Origin: Octopus bimaculoides
Lineage: Eukaryota
Direction: 5' to 3'
Assembly (NCBI RefSeq): GCF_001194135.2
Contig: NC_068984.1
Location: forward strand, 143,360,076 to 143,416,998
DNA length: 56,923 bases
Both the position numbers and the translations under genes were made by a program. Below the pieces are notes generated by a model that did no database searches, was not told where the DNA came from, and saw only the letters and a program-made list of their open reading frames with translations. This document shows, piece by piece, positions 39,208 to 51,224 of this stretch; the first letter of the stretch is position 1; each line of letters opens with the position of its first letter.

Positions 39208-39312
39208 TTATGTATATTGACATATATTTGATGGTTTCAAATATTTATCACAAGGCAGGCAATATTTTAGGTTATGTGTAAGTCTATTGCATCGCCCCCA
39301 GTGTCCAACTAG

Positions 39313-39468
39313 TGTTTGCTCCTCCACCATCCCCTGACAACCGATGTTGGTGTGTTGACGTCCCCGTAACATAGCCGTTCGGCAAAATAGACCGATAGAA
39401 GTTCTTCGACTAAAAGGCTGTGCTCCAGCATGGCCAAATTCAAAACAACTGAAGCAAGTAAAAGAATA
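39313..39468 (+). mobile_element. SINE family A 3' half with internal deletion, directly upstream of a full copy
   Basis: tgacaaccgatgttggtgtgttgacgtccccgtaacatagc, gctccagcatggcc, aagtaaaagaata. Confidence 0.8.
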
Positions 39469-39482
39469 GATACGTATATATA

Positions 39483-39900
39483 GGGGCAGGAGTGGCTGTG
39501 TGGTAAGTAGCTTGCTAACCAACCACATGGTTCTGAGTTCAGTCCCACTGCGTGGCACCTTGGGAAAGTGTCTTCTACTAAAGCCTCGGGCCGACCAAAG
39601 CCTTGTGAGTGGATTTGGTAGATGGAAACTGAAAGAATCCCGTCGTATATGTATGTGTGTGTGTGTGTGTGCGTGTGTGTGTTTGTGTGTGTTTTTGTCC
39701 TCCCCCCAAGATCGCTTGACAACCGATGGGGGTGTGTTTACGTCCCCATAACATAGCGGTTCTGCAAAGGTGACCGATAGAATAAGTACTAGGCTTCCAA
39801 AGAATAAGTCCTGGGGTCGATTTGCTCGACTAAAGGTGGTGCTCTAGCATGGCCGTAGTCAAATGACTGAAACAAGTAAAAGAGTAAAAGAGTAAAAGAG
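39483..39900 (+). mobile_element. SINE family A, full-length reference copy
   Basis: A-box-like tggctgtgtgg (39493-39503), B-box-like gagttcagtccc (39535-39546), CORE-like accttggg(a/c)aagtg, internal (TA/TG)n, (AAAAGAGT)3 tail. Sits in a TA run. Confidence 0.9.
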
Positions 39901-40227
39901 AATATATATATATGAAGCCTCAACATTATACATACATTATGAAACATAATTATATACACCCATATGGATCCAATTTCGCATTAGATGCAAATCACAGATC
40001 AACGCCGTTCCACATAATTTACATAAATTTGACGTGTCAACATAAAAACTTTCGAAGGAGCAATCGAACGATATTTATATGTGATGTTTGAGCGGAAATA
40101 TCCTGAGATTTGCTGTTTCAAAGAAAGTCCTGTATGTTTGTATCTCTCTCTCTCTCTCTCTTTCTTTCTATTTCCCTTCGTTTATTCTTTCACTGCATTA
40201 CCTTCTATTTTTGCACTACATTACCAG

Positions 40228-40482
40228 CTAAGGCCATGCTGGGTTACCATGTTTTAGTGTGATTGTTGTCCTGTTTTTGGTGAAGTATTGATGTGGGTAC
40301 ATCTGGTATCTTAGATAAAAATAAATATCGTCCGAGGGCTCTTTGAAGACCTCCACATCTACGCCTTGCAAATCTCTGAGGTTGTTTGGCAGAAAACATT
40401 CAAGCTCGCCAGGGTTACTTTCCATTGCAAAATCAAACCTTTCAGCATTTAAAGGAAAATTCATTGAGTACTTTGGTGACAA
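40228..40482 (-). pseudogene. Protein-like non-repetitive ORF, possibly a decayed piggyBac-type transposase fragment
   Basis: FPLNAERFDFAMESNPGELECFLPNN..FKEPSDDIYFYLRYQMYPHQYFTKN loosely recalls the N-terminal piggyBac region (RFxF..PG..LDCF..DDI..xQTNxYAxQ). By-eye match only. Confidence 0.25.
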
Positions 40483-42209
40483 TTATGTTACTAATTGTAA
40501 TGATAATGTACTTTGTTGAATGTGAAGGTATGAGTTTCTTAGCGAATATGTGTATATCTGTGCGACAGGTGGTTCGGCCCGACCATACGACATGTTGAAC
40601 GTGACCTGACATTATACATACTGTAGACACATGCATAGGTATGTGTGAGCGTGTAAGTTTGCGTGTATGTGTGTATGCGTGTTCATTACTAGATAGATAT
40701 ACAGATATAGTATATTTATTATATTTATCCATATTTTATGTCTATTTTCAGGCGGCTGCGGAGTGAACCAGTTCTTTTGATTTGAAAAATGTATCACAAT
40801 CGCAACCACATGATATTTTAAACATGGCGTTTGTTCTTTGCTCTACATGATCATGGTAAATATATTTGCTTATATGTAGTAACATCGTCCTTATTGTAGA
40901 CAGAAGAGAATACACACATTCACACACACACACACACACATACGTACACCTGCACACACTTAACTATATAACGTAATCATTTATCTGCCATTTTTTCTTA
41001 AAATATTCCTGTGAATAGTCATCTTTATATCCTGAGACACCAACGCGTTCCTAAAATAGATGTTTCAAAATATTTTCGACGCGTTCCATCAAGTTATTTC
41101 ATATGACAAGAAAAGAAATACATTATTGGTAACTCAGAGAAGCCTGTAAAAATAACAATAACCACAGATAAATTAGTTTTAACAAATTTTAATACAACCA
41201 ACATTAAAACAACTTGTTAGGAATTAATGTGTGACAAAGAAATAATATTAGTCAATGACTAATAATCTTTTTATAATTTTGACAACTACAGATGAAAATC
41301 CAGAGCATATTTCGATCTTATTATGAACTCATCAGCGAAATATAGCTTCTACTGTATCTATAAGGATGAGAGATTGACTAAGTAAATGTACAATAGCACA
41401 TAATTGTGGGAATATGTATATTTTATGAATCTTATCTCTTTAATATTATCACCTAAATACAATTCGATTGATAATGTCCTATAAGCTCCTCATCAACACC
41501 ATAGAACTGTCTTGCTTATTTTGCTTGCACCTGTCAGTTGAGCGCCCGTCACTTACTGAATCAGTTAGATACCTCCATGAAACACAAATGGGTGTGAAGG
41601 AAGCCAGTAAAATGTATAAACTAAGTTCGACGAATCCATGAATGCCATTGGTCACACAGCGTTTAACACGTGGTTTAGAAATGCTACATAACAGGAAAGT
41701 CTTATTAGAATGATCTATTACGAGATTATACCGGTAAAACCAAACCCTCGCAATTCAGCAACTAGTCAAAGTTAAGGATTAAGTGTTGTATTAAATATGA
41801 ATATAAATGTGTGTGTGTGTATGTGTGTGTGTGTGTTTACCNNNNNNNNNNNNNNNNNNNNNNNNNNNNNNNNNNNNNNNNNNNNNNNNNNNNNNNNNNN
41901 NNNNNNNNNNNNNNNNNNNNNNNNNNNNNNNNNNNNNNNNNNNNNNNNNNNNNNNNNNNNNNNNNNNNNNNNNNNNNNNNNNNNNNNNNNNNNNNNNNNN
42001 NNNNNATGGCCGCAGTGAAATGACTGAAACAAGTGATGGATAAAAGATAAAATGCGAAAGCTGTCGGCAAAAGTTGTGGCGGTCAACGTAAACTTTGGTG
42101 GCGGCCTGGGGGTGAGACTGGGTGAGATTGGTTCCCCTGGAGTTCAAGTAGGGATCAATGAAAGACAATAACGAGGATGAGTCGGAGTCGGTGGTCAAAG
42201 TTCGTGTGC

Positions 42210-42251
<42 letters not shown>

Positions 42252-42897
42252 AAGAGAGGGTTGCAGTGATATACGTACGCAAGATCCAGGAAAGGCTGGC
42301 ACCAAACTTTGGCATCAGCCGGGTGAAATGAACTAAAAAACCCCCTAGGAGTCACGTTAGAAATAACAGCCAAAACTGAAGGATATCCAAGATTGAAGCG
42401 CTGAAGGTGCTACTGTTGTTGTTTACATCCCTCAGATCTATAATCGAAGGTATTCTACCTATAACCACTTCGGCTTTTTTTTATGTACACAGAACCGATA
42501 TAGGGTGTGATCTGAGGGAGATTTGATTGCTCCTTCTTGCAGGTTAGGCAATTATGTAAAGGATAATCAGTCGAGGGGTTAGTAATAATAACCAGATGTA
42601 TAAAAATTAATATGTTTTAGTGGTAATAAGTAATGCTGCAACAATAGATAAATGTAATGTAGAAGTTGTCTCTTATTGCATGCAAATGATGAATGAGGTA
42701 TGAACATCTTCACTACACGACAGTCAAGTCAGCGTGCTGGAAAAGGATGGACAATACGACGGACATAAAATGTATTGGATGTACAGATGTGGCCGAATAG
42801 ATATACATATACAGAAGTAGACAGACAGACAGACAGATAGATAATAGATAGATAGATAATAGACAAGCGAACAGACAAACAAACAAACAAACAGACC

Positions 42898-42932
<35 letters not shown>

Positions 42933-43572
42933 GCAGGCAGACGGCTTGACGCATGCTTCTGTATCTCTGTACACTCAAGCATGTACATGTAAAGCATATC
43001 TACACACACACAGCCATACACACACATCGCGCATGCAAGATTAATCGTTCGTTATCTTTTCTTTTTTTGTTGTTGTTGTTGTTGTCGTTGTTATTGTTTC
43101 TTTGTTTCTTCACTGAAATATTTATTTATTTTTGGTTTGCGTGCGAACACGCGAGTGGGCATGCGTACGCGCGTGCGTGCCAGGGTAGTGTATAGCAGGA
43201 TTGTAAAAATCAGCAGAGACAACTCCAACAACAGTGATTGCTCTCGCCACCTCCATACCTTGCTGGGGCGTTTCCCCGTGCTAGGGTCAATAGCATCACG
43301 CCCTATCGCCCTTCCCTCTAACTGGGCTCGCGACGGGCAAGAATCTCCAAGGAACATTCCAGGCGGTCTCTTCGTATTAGTCACCTGACAGAACACTCAC
43401 AACACACAGTTGGGATGGGGTGTGTGTGGGACATATGTATATAAATGTATATACACGCTCATACATACATAGATTGCTGTATACGTACATATATTAGATA
43501 CATTCAGATACATATATCCCAGAGAGATATGTATCTTTGTGCACGAGCGCGCGTGTGCTTGTTTCTATGTAA

Positions 43573-43622
<50 letters not shown>

Positions 43623-43698
43623 CTTAAGTATGAGTTCAAGCACACACAAATACACACGCACACATATACATATATGTATATGCATATATATATATATA

Positions 43699-43739
<41 letters not shown>

Positions 43740-44094
43740 ATATATGCAGGCGTATATATGCATGTGAACATACTATCGCGTAAAATAAAATGGCGTCAGT
43801 AAATAAACGCACATAGATTCACGTGCAGCCACGAGGACCCACCGCCACCCCGAACCACACAGTCGCTCACATCCACAAATCTCCCACCACTCCCACCCGT
43901 ACCCACCACCATATACCCACCCGTACAGTCATTACACATTAAACAGTTTCCTTTGTTTGTCAATTGTGTTGTGTGTTTCCAATTATTTCTCGTATTTCTC
44001 ATTTTAAATAGTTTGTGATGTCTAATTATGATGATGTGTGTGCCATCATTGCCTCTTCTTGCGTCGTATTCTTGCTGTTGTTGATGTTGTTCGT

Positions 44095-44545
44095 CTATCC
44101 CCTGTTCATCCCCTCTTCCAGCAAGCCTATGATCAAAGACGTTTCAATTACTATGGCCGTCCCCGCTCTTTATTTATTTATTTTTTCCTTTCGATGGGGG
44201 AGTTTTTAGACGTAACATATCTAGGATTACATCATCTCCTTGTAGGCTGTAATTTAGGGAACGATTTGGCTGTTGTTTCCAGTATTTGTTTAGTGTTTCT
44301 ATTGTAGGCTCATTGCTGTATTTTATACAATAATGTAGAATATTGGCGATCTCAGTGATTTTACTGCTGATGTTTAACCCCAGGTCAACCTTAATGTAAC
44401 AAACCCATGATCAAATGTGCTCCATCTTTTTGTATGCCCTGTATTATTTAGAATTAATCAATGCGTCCTTTATCTTTTAATGACGTAAACCATGTTCTGA
44501 AAGAGATCTGGTCGCTATTTCTAGCACCTGGAATGATAACGTAGA
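44095..44545 (+). mobile_element. Unclassified dispersed repeat family D, two tandem decayed copies
   Basis: Shared (c)ctatgatcaaa ... gatttggctg(c/t)t(a/g)ttt(c)tag core. Related pieces occur at 42420-42545, 52025-52190 and 52230-52400 (+), and at 30695-30730 and 54450-54480 (-). Confidence 0.5.
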
Positions 44546-44887
44546 GTCCCTCATTAAATTTATACTTTATTTACATATCTAATTTTATGGCAACTTAATG
44601 CAGACACATGGCTTTTGCCCCACACCTCTAAATTTTTATAGAACGCCAAGCTTAAAATAGATGCAAACGGATAGTTGTATACATTTACACATGTATACAT
44701 ACATACATACATACATGCATACATACATACGTACGTACGTACGTACGTACATACATACATACATACATACGGGCGTACGTACATACACACAACACACTTA
44801 TACATATATACAAATATACACGCACACTCACATATAAATACATATGTATACATATATATTATGTGTATGTATACACACACACACAAA

Positions 44888-44955
<68 letters not shown>

Positions 44956-46377
44956 CGAGTGAGTGGGAAAACGAAATAAAATGGCACATTTGGATTATTT
45001 CATAACATTTTGATTGAATCTCATGCTCGAAATCGAACCTAGCACTTCAGGTTTAGATAACTATTCTCTCCGCCATTGTACGTTATAATCTTTTCTCTAT
45101 TTGACTGGCACACGAGCGAATAGTTCTAAAATGTTTGAACGAAATCTATCGACTTTTATCTACGTATGACTATCTTCACGCGGCTATAAAATGGTTAAAG
45201 AAACTACAACGCGACAACATCACACTTTATCTAAAACACATTACACAGCATCCACATGAAATTATTTTCTTGTCTTTTATACGATTCGGCACCAAACGAC
45301 GCTACACAAAATTGTTTTACCTTATTACATTACACGAACCAACACTACTCTATACTTCATAGCACCACAACTCAGTGGCACACCAGAACCCAGATCATTG
45401 CATCACATGATCCATCCTACGACCCCTAATCCATTTTCCGCCATTTTGAATTTAATCTTATCACTGCCAATCTCACTGCTACTCTCATAGCTACTTCTAC
45501 CATTGCCTCGTTCACTGGTTGCTTCTCTGACGCTGATGCTCTTCCTCCCCTTCTCCTCTCCTGCTGCTACTCTTACTATTTATACTGCTACCACAACCAC
45601 TGCTACCTAAAGCAATTATGGCAGTTAACACAGTCAGTACACTCCAAATTTGTAGGCAGAAGAATACACTGAATCAGACCTTCGTACAAGTCTGGTACTT
45701 ATTTTCTGAAACTTTTGAACGGCAGAGATGACTTCGACATAATTCGAACTCGGAATTAAAGGGACATAACACTTTGTTGTACGAATATTCTGTGACCAGC
45801 TCTACCCACAATTTTGTCATCCACTACCGCTGATGATGCTATGAGTAATAAAGATTTGTAACACTGAAAAAATATAAACAACGGAACTTTTAAAGGAAGT
45901 GATTATCGTGTTTAGAATATATAATTACCTGATAGAGTCTCTAGACACAAAATCTAAAACTTTGTGCATATAAAAAACCGCCACAGATGCAGGATTACTA
46001 ATGACAAGGACCCCCTTCCAGATATATTCTCTGATTTGCAGTGCATGGAGAGGCCAATCCATTCAGGCCATCTCCATCATTCTCACACTTCTTTTAACGC
46101 TTTTACTGCAGAACAGCACCTGATAATAAAAATAACGATGGGTTGTCTTCATTGCCACAAGACCTTCAATGTGTAAAGAAGGAGTATGATTCATTAAGTC
46201 GATACCAGTAAATCACTGGTATATTTACGCAATAAAACGAGAGGAATTACAAGGGAAATAATTCATCCTTGCAAATTTCAGAATATCAAAGATGAGCTGA
46301 AAATTATTCATAATAAACCATTTAACACGGCGTTCTTCGCAGTCTTATCGATAAAACTTCTGAATCAATACAATTTC

Positions 46378-46454
46378 TGAATAAAGGATAATGCTTGGTT
46401 TGAATAAAGGATAATGCTTGGTTTGAATAAAGGATAACGCCTGATGCTTGGTTT
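46378..46454 (+). repeat. 23-bp tandem repeat tgaataaaggataatgcttggtt, about 2.7 copies
   Basis: Units start at 46378, 46401 and 46424. Confidence 0.9.
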
Positions 46455-47199
46455 CTGCCGAAGTTAGTAACATCAAAATACGTGAAGTGATGACTGATTT
46501 CTTACACACTGCCATCTCCGTTGTATGACGTAATCAGCATCCATCGAATATATTTAGCTAACTCCTTGCGTCACCGAAGGCTTTGGCACTGGATTCATTT
46601 TGGCAGCATATCTATCAGTAGTTCTCTCTTCATTATTTCCGAAAAATTTACATGATACAGAACATTTTCGATGCAATATGATTTCAATACAACAGCAACA
46701 ACAGTTTCACGAACATTACATATTCTACAACGAACTCTCTCAACAAATTCTAGAATAGGCAGTAATCTTTCAACTGCAGTGAAGGCCCTTGATTAAAAAC
46801 AAAACATATACTATACATATATACATGCATACAAACAAACACACAAGCACGCACGCACTTGTATGTATAAATATTTGCGTGTATGTTTAAGATAATGAAC
46901 GTTTGTGTGTTCTACGTTTATGTGTGAAATATGTAAGATATAAATAAATCATGTAAGAAATTTATTGACGAATTTGTGGCACATTTTCTTACGCTTTTTC
47001 GACAGTCACTCAAACGTAGATGATGAATTACATTGCAACATGTCTACGGATATTATTGTGTTTATTTTGTCACGCTGCTCCCCTACTTCACTCGTTTGAA
47101 TTTTAAACGGTAGAAAACTCAGAGTAATGATATAAGAAGCTTTTAACGTTAATTATAGTATGTAGACAAAAGGTCAGCATTTTTTAAAGAGGGTGAGGT

Positions 47200-47385
47200 G
47201 CTACTGGATGCCATCGAACTCGTCAATTGATTAGGATATTTGTTTATCGAGCCTTAAAGGATGAAAGGCAAAGTTTACATCGAAAAAGTGGAATTCAGAC
47301 ACAGTCGAAAGCAGAGCATAATGCCAACAGAGATATCACTGAGTATTTTGGCCGATGCGCTTACGACTGTGCCAGTTTCCCTGCC
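47200..47385 (-). mobile_element. SINE family B, degraded
   Basis: tttatcgagccttaaaggatgaaaggcaaagt and cttacgactgtgccagtt resemble the reverse complement of 26303-26525. Confidence 0.55.
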
Positions 47386-47469
47386 TTAACAATATCTTTC
47401 TATTACAGGCAGAAGGACTGAAATTTGGGACGGCAGGGTGGGGGTTGGTGGCTGACGATATGTGCATCT

Positions 47470-47827
47470 CTGATCACAAGCAGAAGTAGTGGGGGAGCAT
47501 CATAGCCATGTGTTGAGAGGAATTCTTTGGGGTTTGGATAATTCACCTTTGGAAACATGGGTGTTTCATTCAACATCCTTAAACAGCCCTTATTCAGGGA
47601 CCTTTTCTGCAGGACAGGTTGCTCAATCTGAAGGAATCTCTAACTGGGTCTCACCTGCAAGGTCATGCACTGTCTATCTTGATATGAGATCACCATGTCA
47701 CGCACATATTGGTTGTGATGCATGTGCCTGGTGTACCCTTATCAGATGGGTAGTCATGATGGACACATTGGGCTCCATATACTTGTAGCCCAGTGTCACT
47801 TTGATGGCATGTGCTGCTCTCTCACTC

Positions 47828-47885
<58 letters not shown>
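47470..47885 (+). mobile_element. Dispersed repeat family E (retroposon-like 3' end with (AAT)n tail)
   Basis: 47675-47830 is highly similar to 49742-49920 (gatgcatgtgcctggtgtacccttatcag..tcactttgatggc..ctctctcactc), and both end in (AAT)n. Confidence 0.75.
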
Positions 47886-47888
<3 letters not shown>

Positions 47889-47904
47889 GTTTCAAATTTT
47901 GGGG

Positions 47905-49020
47905 AAGCTTAATCCTTGATGGACTGAGCGCCTGATCCTGAATGATTACGATAGTCGACCATTCTCTCGAACCACCGAGCAGATGTCGCTGTATTTTGGG
48001 GCATTCCAAGCGCGGAAAACGTGGCTGAAACTGGCCGCCATGCGAAAAACCACTAAGTATTGTTGGGTGGCCATATCGAAAACTTTTGATATAAATTGAT
48101 CAGGGCCTCACCCATGCCAGGTCCTTTTCTCATCCTCGCCATGATATATTGCATGAAGTAGCGGTCTCATGCACAGATCTGTTTGAGATGGCACACGTTG
48201 GCCATTGCCAATTAGACCATCGACGACAACTGCCGAACACTTTGCTAACACCTGGGTCAAGATTTTGAAATCTACGTCTAACATACATATGAACCGAAAA
48301 TGATCCCCCTTGTTTGGGTCCTTTCTCAGCAGCATTATCATTCCTCGGCTTACAGGACTTGGACTTTCCCTGCTCTGCTGCCGGTTGCGGTAGACACTTG
48401 CCAAGAAGTCTCCAAACTGGTCTGGTATATAAAAGTACAGCTCAGGGCAGACCATCGAAACAGAGCCATTTCCCCATTCGCTGCAGTTAATGATTACCTC
48501 CCGTACTTCTCTGGTCGTTATGGGTCATTCGCAACACCTGCTTCTTTCGTTGAGAGTCGCAACTGGCCGTTGGCGTTAGTACTGTAGTCCATTCTGCGCT
48601 CTTGTTTCCCATTCGATCGGAACAGTTGATTGAAGGACTGCTAAAAAGCCGGACACTTCTACTTGGCATCAAGCTACATGCATGAATTATGGTCCGCCAA
48701 AGATCCAATTATGGCATTGTTGTCACGCTCTGTTTCTGCCACTCGGGCCAATCGAACGGCTTTCGCCCCCTCATGTCCTAGAGTATGCACCTTAGCACTG
48801 AAAATACAGCCATTGCAATTTGCGTTAACGAATTGGTCGAGGGCTAATCTCGTCGCAAGCACGTTTGCTGCGGTGACCTTCCTCAGAGATTTTTCTAACT
48901 TTCTAAATCCCGCGTTACTCTATTTTCCTTTACCGCTACGATTCTACTTTAAACGTCCGGTTAACTTATCCAGTCATCGTTACTTGGCGCGCCAAGATCG
49001 ACGTGATTAACTTCCAGTCA
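47905..49020 (-). mobile_element. L1/Tx1-type LINE ORF2 fragment (post-endonuclease linker plus N-half of RT), dead
   Basis: Minus strand, in order: WKLITSILAR; ELYF..RGMIMLLRKDPNKGDHFRFICMLDVDFKILTQVLAK..LIG; ALINLYQK-FD; FRIRRSVHQG. These correspond to WKLN, LLxK..RPISLLNxDxKILxKxLA, LDxxKAFD and QG RT motifs. Many stops and frameshifts. Confidence 0.85.
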
Positions 49021-49094
49021 CTGAGTCCCTGCCTCCGAAGTTTATCTAGGTCGACTGAACTGATCACAACTTTGTGGTCTGAGTAGCCAACGAT

Positions 49095-49660
49095 TGAGTG
49101 GCACTTATTTCATACTTAACTCGAAAAGATGAAAGACAAAGTCGACCTCAGTGAAATTTGATCTCTGTACGTAAAGAGGATTTTGATGAACGCTCGACCG
49201 ATTTTGCCACACGGTTACACGGATCTAATATCATACATTTGGTTTACTTATGGTTCCGAGTGAAAAGCCGATTACGCTGACCTCAGTATTTAACTGGTAT
49301 TATATTTTATCGATCATCCCCGTAAGGATAAATCAAGACGTTTACTTCAGTGGTGGGATTTCAAGAAGAATGTAAAGGGAGATAACTATATACTGAGAAG
49401 TAATTTGGGGGAGGAGGATAGTTTATTATATCGACGCCGATACTCAACTGGTACTTATTTTATCGACCCCGAAAAGATGAAAAGAAGAGTCGACCTCAGC
49501 GGAATTTGAACTCGGGACGAAATGCGGCTAAGCCTCTTGTCCGGCGTGCTACCGAAGAGGGGATGGTGTTAGTCTGTATCATCGGTCCCAGCACTCAACA
49601 TGTACTTGTTTCATCGACTCCGGCGGAATTTGAACTCAAAACGAAATGCTACAGAATATT
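49095..49660 (-). mobile_element. Several nested or tandem SINE family B fragments (best 49402-49553)
   Basis: Repeated cgaaaagatgaaa..gtcgacctcag..aatttga(a)ctc and ggtacttattttatcgacccc. Confidence 0.75.
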
Positions 49661-49741
49661 TGGTATAAAGGATGGACCACAGCAAATATCCTGCTTAATA
49701 CTGTGGATTTGTTTTGAAACTGAAGAAAATTCTGGGCCCCA

Positions 49742-49925
49742 GCTGCAAGGCCATGTGCTGCATATCATACTATGAGGTCACCATGTCATGCATATATGGC
49801 TGTGACGCATGTGCCTGGTGTCCCCTTATCAGACGGGTGGTCATGATGGGTATATTAGGCTTCGTACATTTCTAACCCATCGTCACTTTGATGGCGTGTG
49901 CTACTCTCTCACTCAATAATAATAA
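49742..49925 (+). mobile_element. Dispersed repeat family E, second copy
   Basis: Similar to 47675-47830 and ends ctctctcactc(aat)3. Confidence 0.75.
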
Positions 49926-49930
49926 AAATA

Positions 49931-50131
49931 ATTTTGGCACAAGGCCAGCATTTTCGCGGGAGGGAGTAAGCCGATTGCATTGGCCCTCAGTGCTCAATTG
50001 GTATTTACTTTATTGACCCCCGAAAAGATCAAAGGTAAAGTTGACCATGGCGAAATTTGAACTCAGAACGTAAAGACAGACGAAATACCGCTAAGCATTT
50101 CGCCCGGTTTACTAACGTTTCTGCCAGCTCG
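49931..50131 (-). mobile_element. SINE family B, near full length
   Basis: ttttggcacaaggcc tail to ctaacgtttctgccagctcg head. Confidence 0.85.
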
Positions 50132-50557
50132 AACAACAACTGTAATATTATTACTATTAATAATAATGACAATAATAATAATAATAATAATCATGATGTT
50201 GATTTCTTTAATTGACCAGTCGCCCTCAAGATGCTGCAAACGGTACAAAGGCAGAATGCAAAAGAATATAACAAACAAGAAACAACGTGAGATTTATAAG
50301 TTACAAAAAAGCTGGGATAAAAAAAAAGATCTAATCTAGCGGTGGTCTTCTCTTGGGCAGGTCCTGTGCATGTGAACCTTCTCCAGCTCTTCCTACACGA
50401 CCTGGGGAGGGCTCGTAACCCCCACCTGCCGCCGTTAAATAGATTACTAGTTCTTCGGCTGCCATGACTAGACATGGTATGGACGCTGGAGTACTTCCCC
50501 GTTACCTTCTCCAGGCTGGTAGGATTTGAACTCAGGATGTAGAGGGCCGGATGATAT

Positions 50558-50740
50558 GCCGAAAAGCATTAGCGGTATTTCGTCTGTCTTTACGTCCTGG
50601 GTTCAAATTCCGCCAAGGTCGACTTTACCCTTCATCCTTTCCAGCTCGATAAAATAAATACCAGTTGTATACTGAGGATCGATGTAATTGATATATCCCT
50701 TCCCACAAGCTTGCTGGCCTTGTGCCAAAACTTGAAACCA
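50558..50740 (+). mobile_element. SINE family B lacking the first ~25 nt
   Basis: gcattagcggtatttcgtctgtctttacgt, gggttcaaattccgccaaggtcgact, ggccttgtgccaaaacttgaaacca. Confidence 0.85.
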
Positions 50741-50796
50741 ATAACATAGGTACAAGAAGTGAAATATGCAGAGAGGGAACTAGTCAATATCATCTA

Positions 50797-50953
50797 CCCA
50801 GTTCTTACAGGTACTTTATTCTATCGACCCCGGAAAGATGAAGTGTAAAGACAGCATCGGTGAGGTTTGAACTATTTCTTTCGAATTACGAAATGTGTCG
50901 GAAAAAAATACTGCCGAGCAGTTTGTTCGACGCTCCAACGATTCTGTCAAACC
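50797..50953 (-). mobile_element. SINE family B, degraded
   Basis: ggtactttattctatcgaccccggaaagatgaa and aacgattctg. Confidence 0.6.
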
Positions 50954-51224
50954 ATTACTTCTGGTGATAATTTTACTAATGAGAACAGGAACCAGATTAT
51001 CTAACATTCGTACTTTTCCACAAGTACGTACAGTGTTTTAAAATCGAATGAAATAGCGCCTTCTAAGAATCGAACTCGTGATAATAGTTTCATCTCTCTC
51101 TCTATCTCTCTCTCTCTCCCTCTCTTTCTGTCTCACTCACTCTCTCTCTCTTACTCTCCTTTTCTCTCCAGTCTAATTCTCTCTTTCTCCTATGTTTCAC
51201 TCTTACTCTTCCTCTTTCTCTGTA

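Noticed and set aside
39501-39508. Perfect GGTAAGT donor in SINE-A heads
   Set aside because: Part of the SINE consensus. No matching upstream acceptor suggests exonisation here.
39483-39560. tRNA gene (also 7322, 26303, 54300)
   Set aside because: A- and B-box-like motifs are present but no cloverleaf or poly-T terminator. These are SINE heads.
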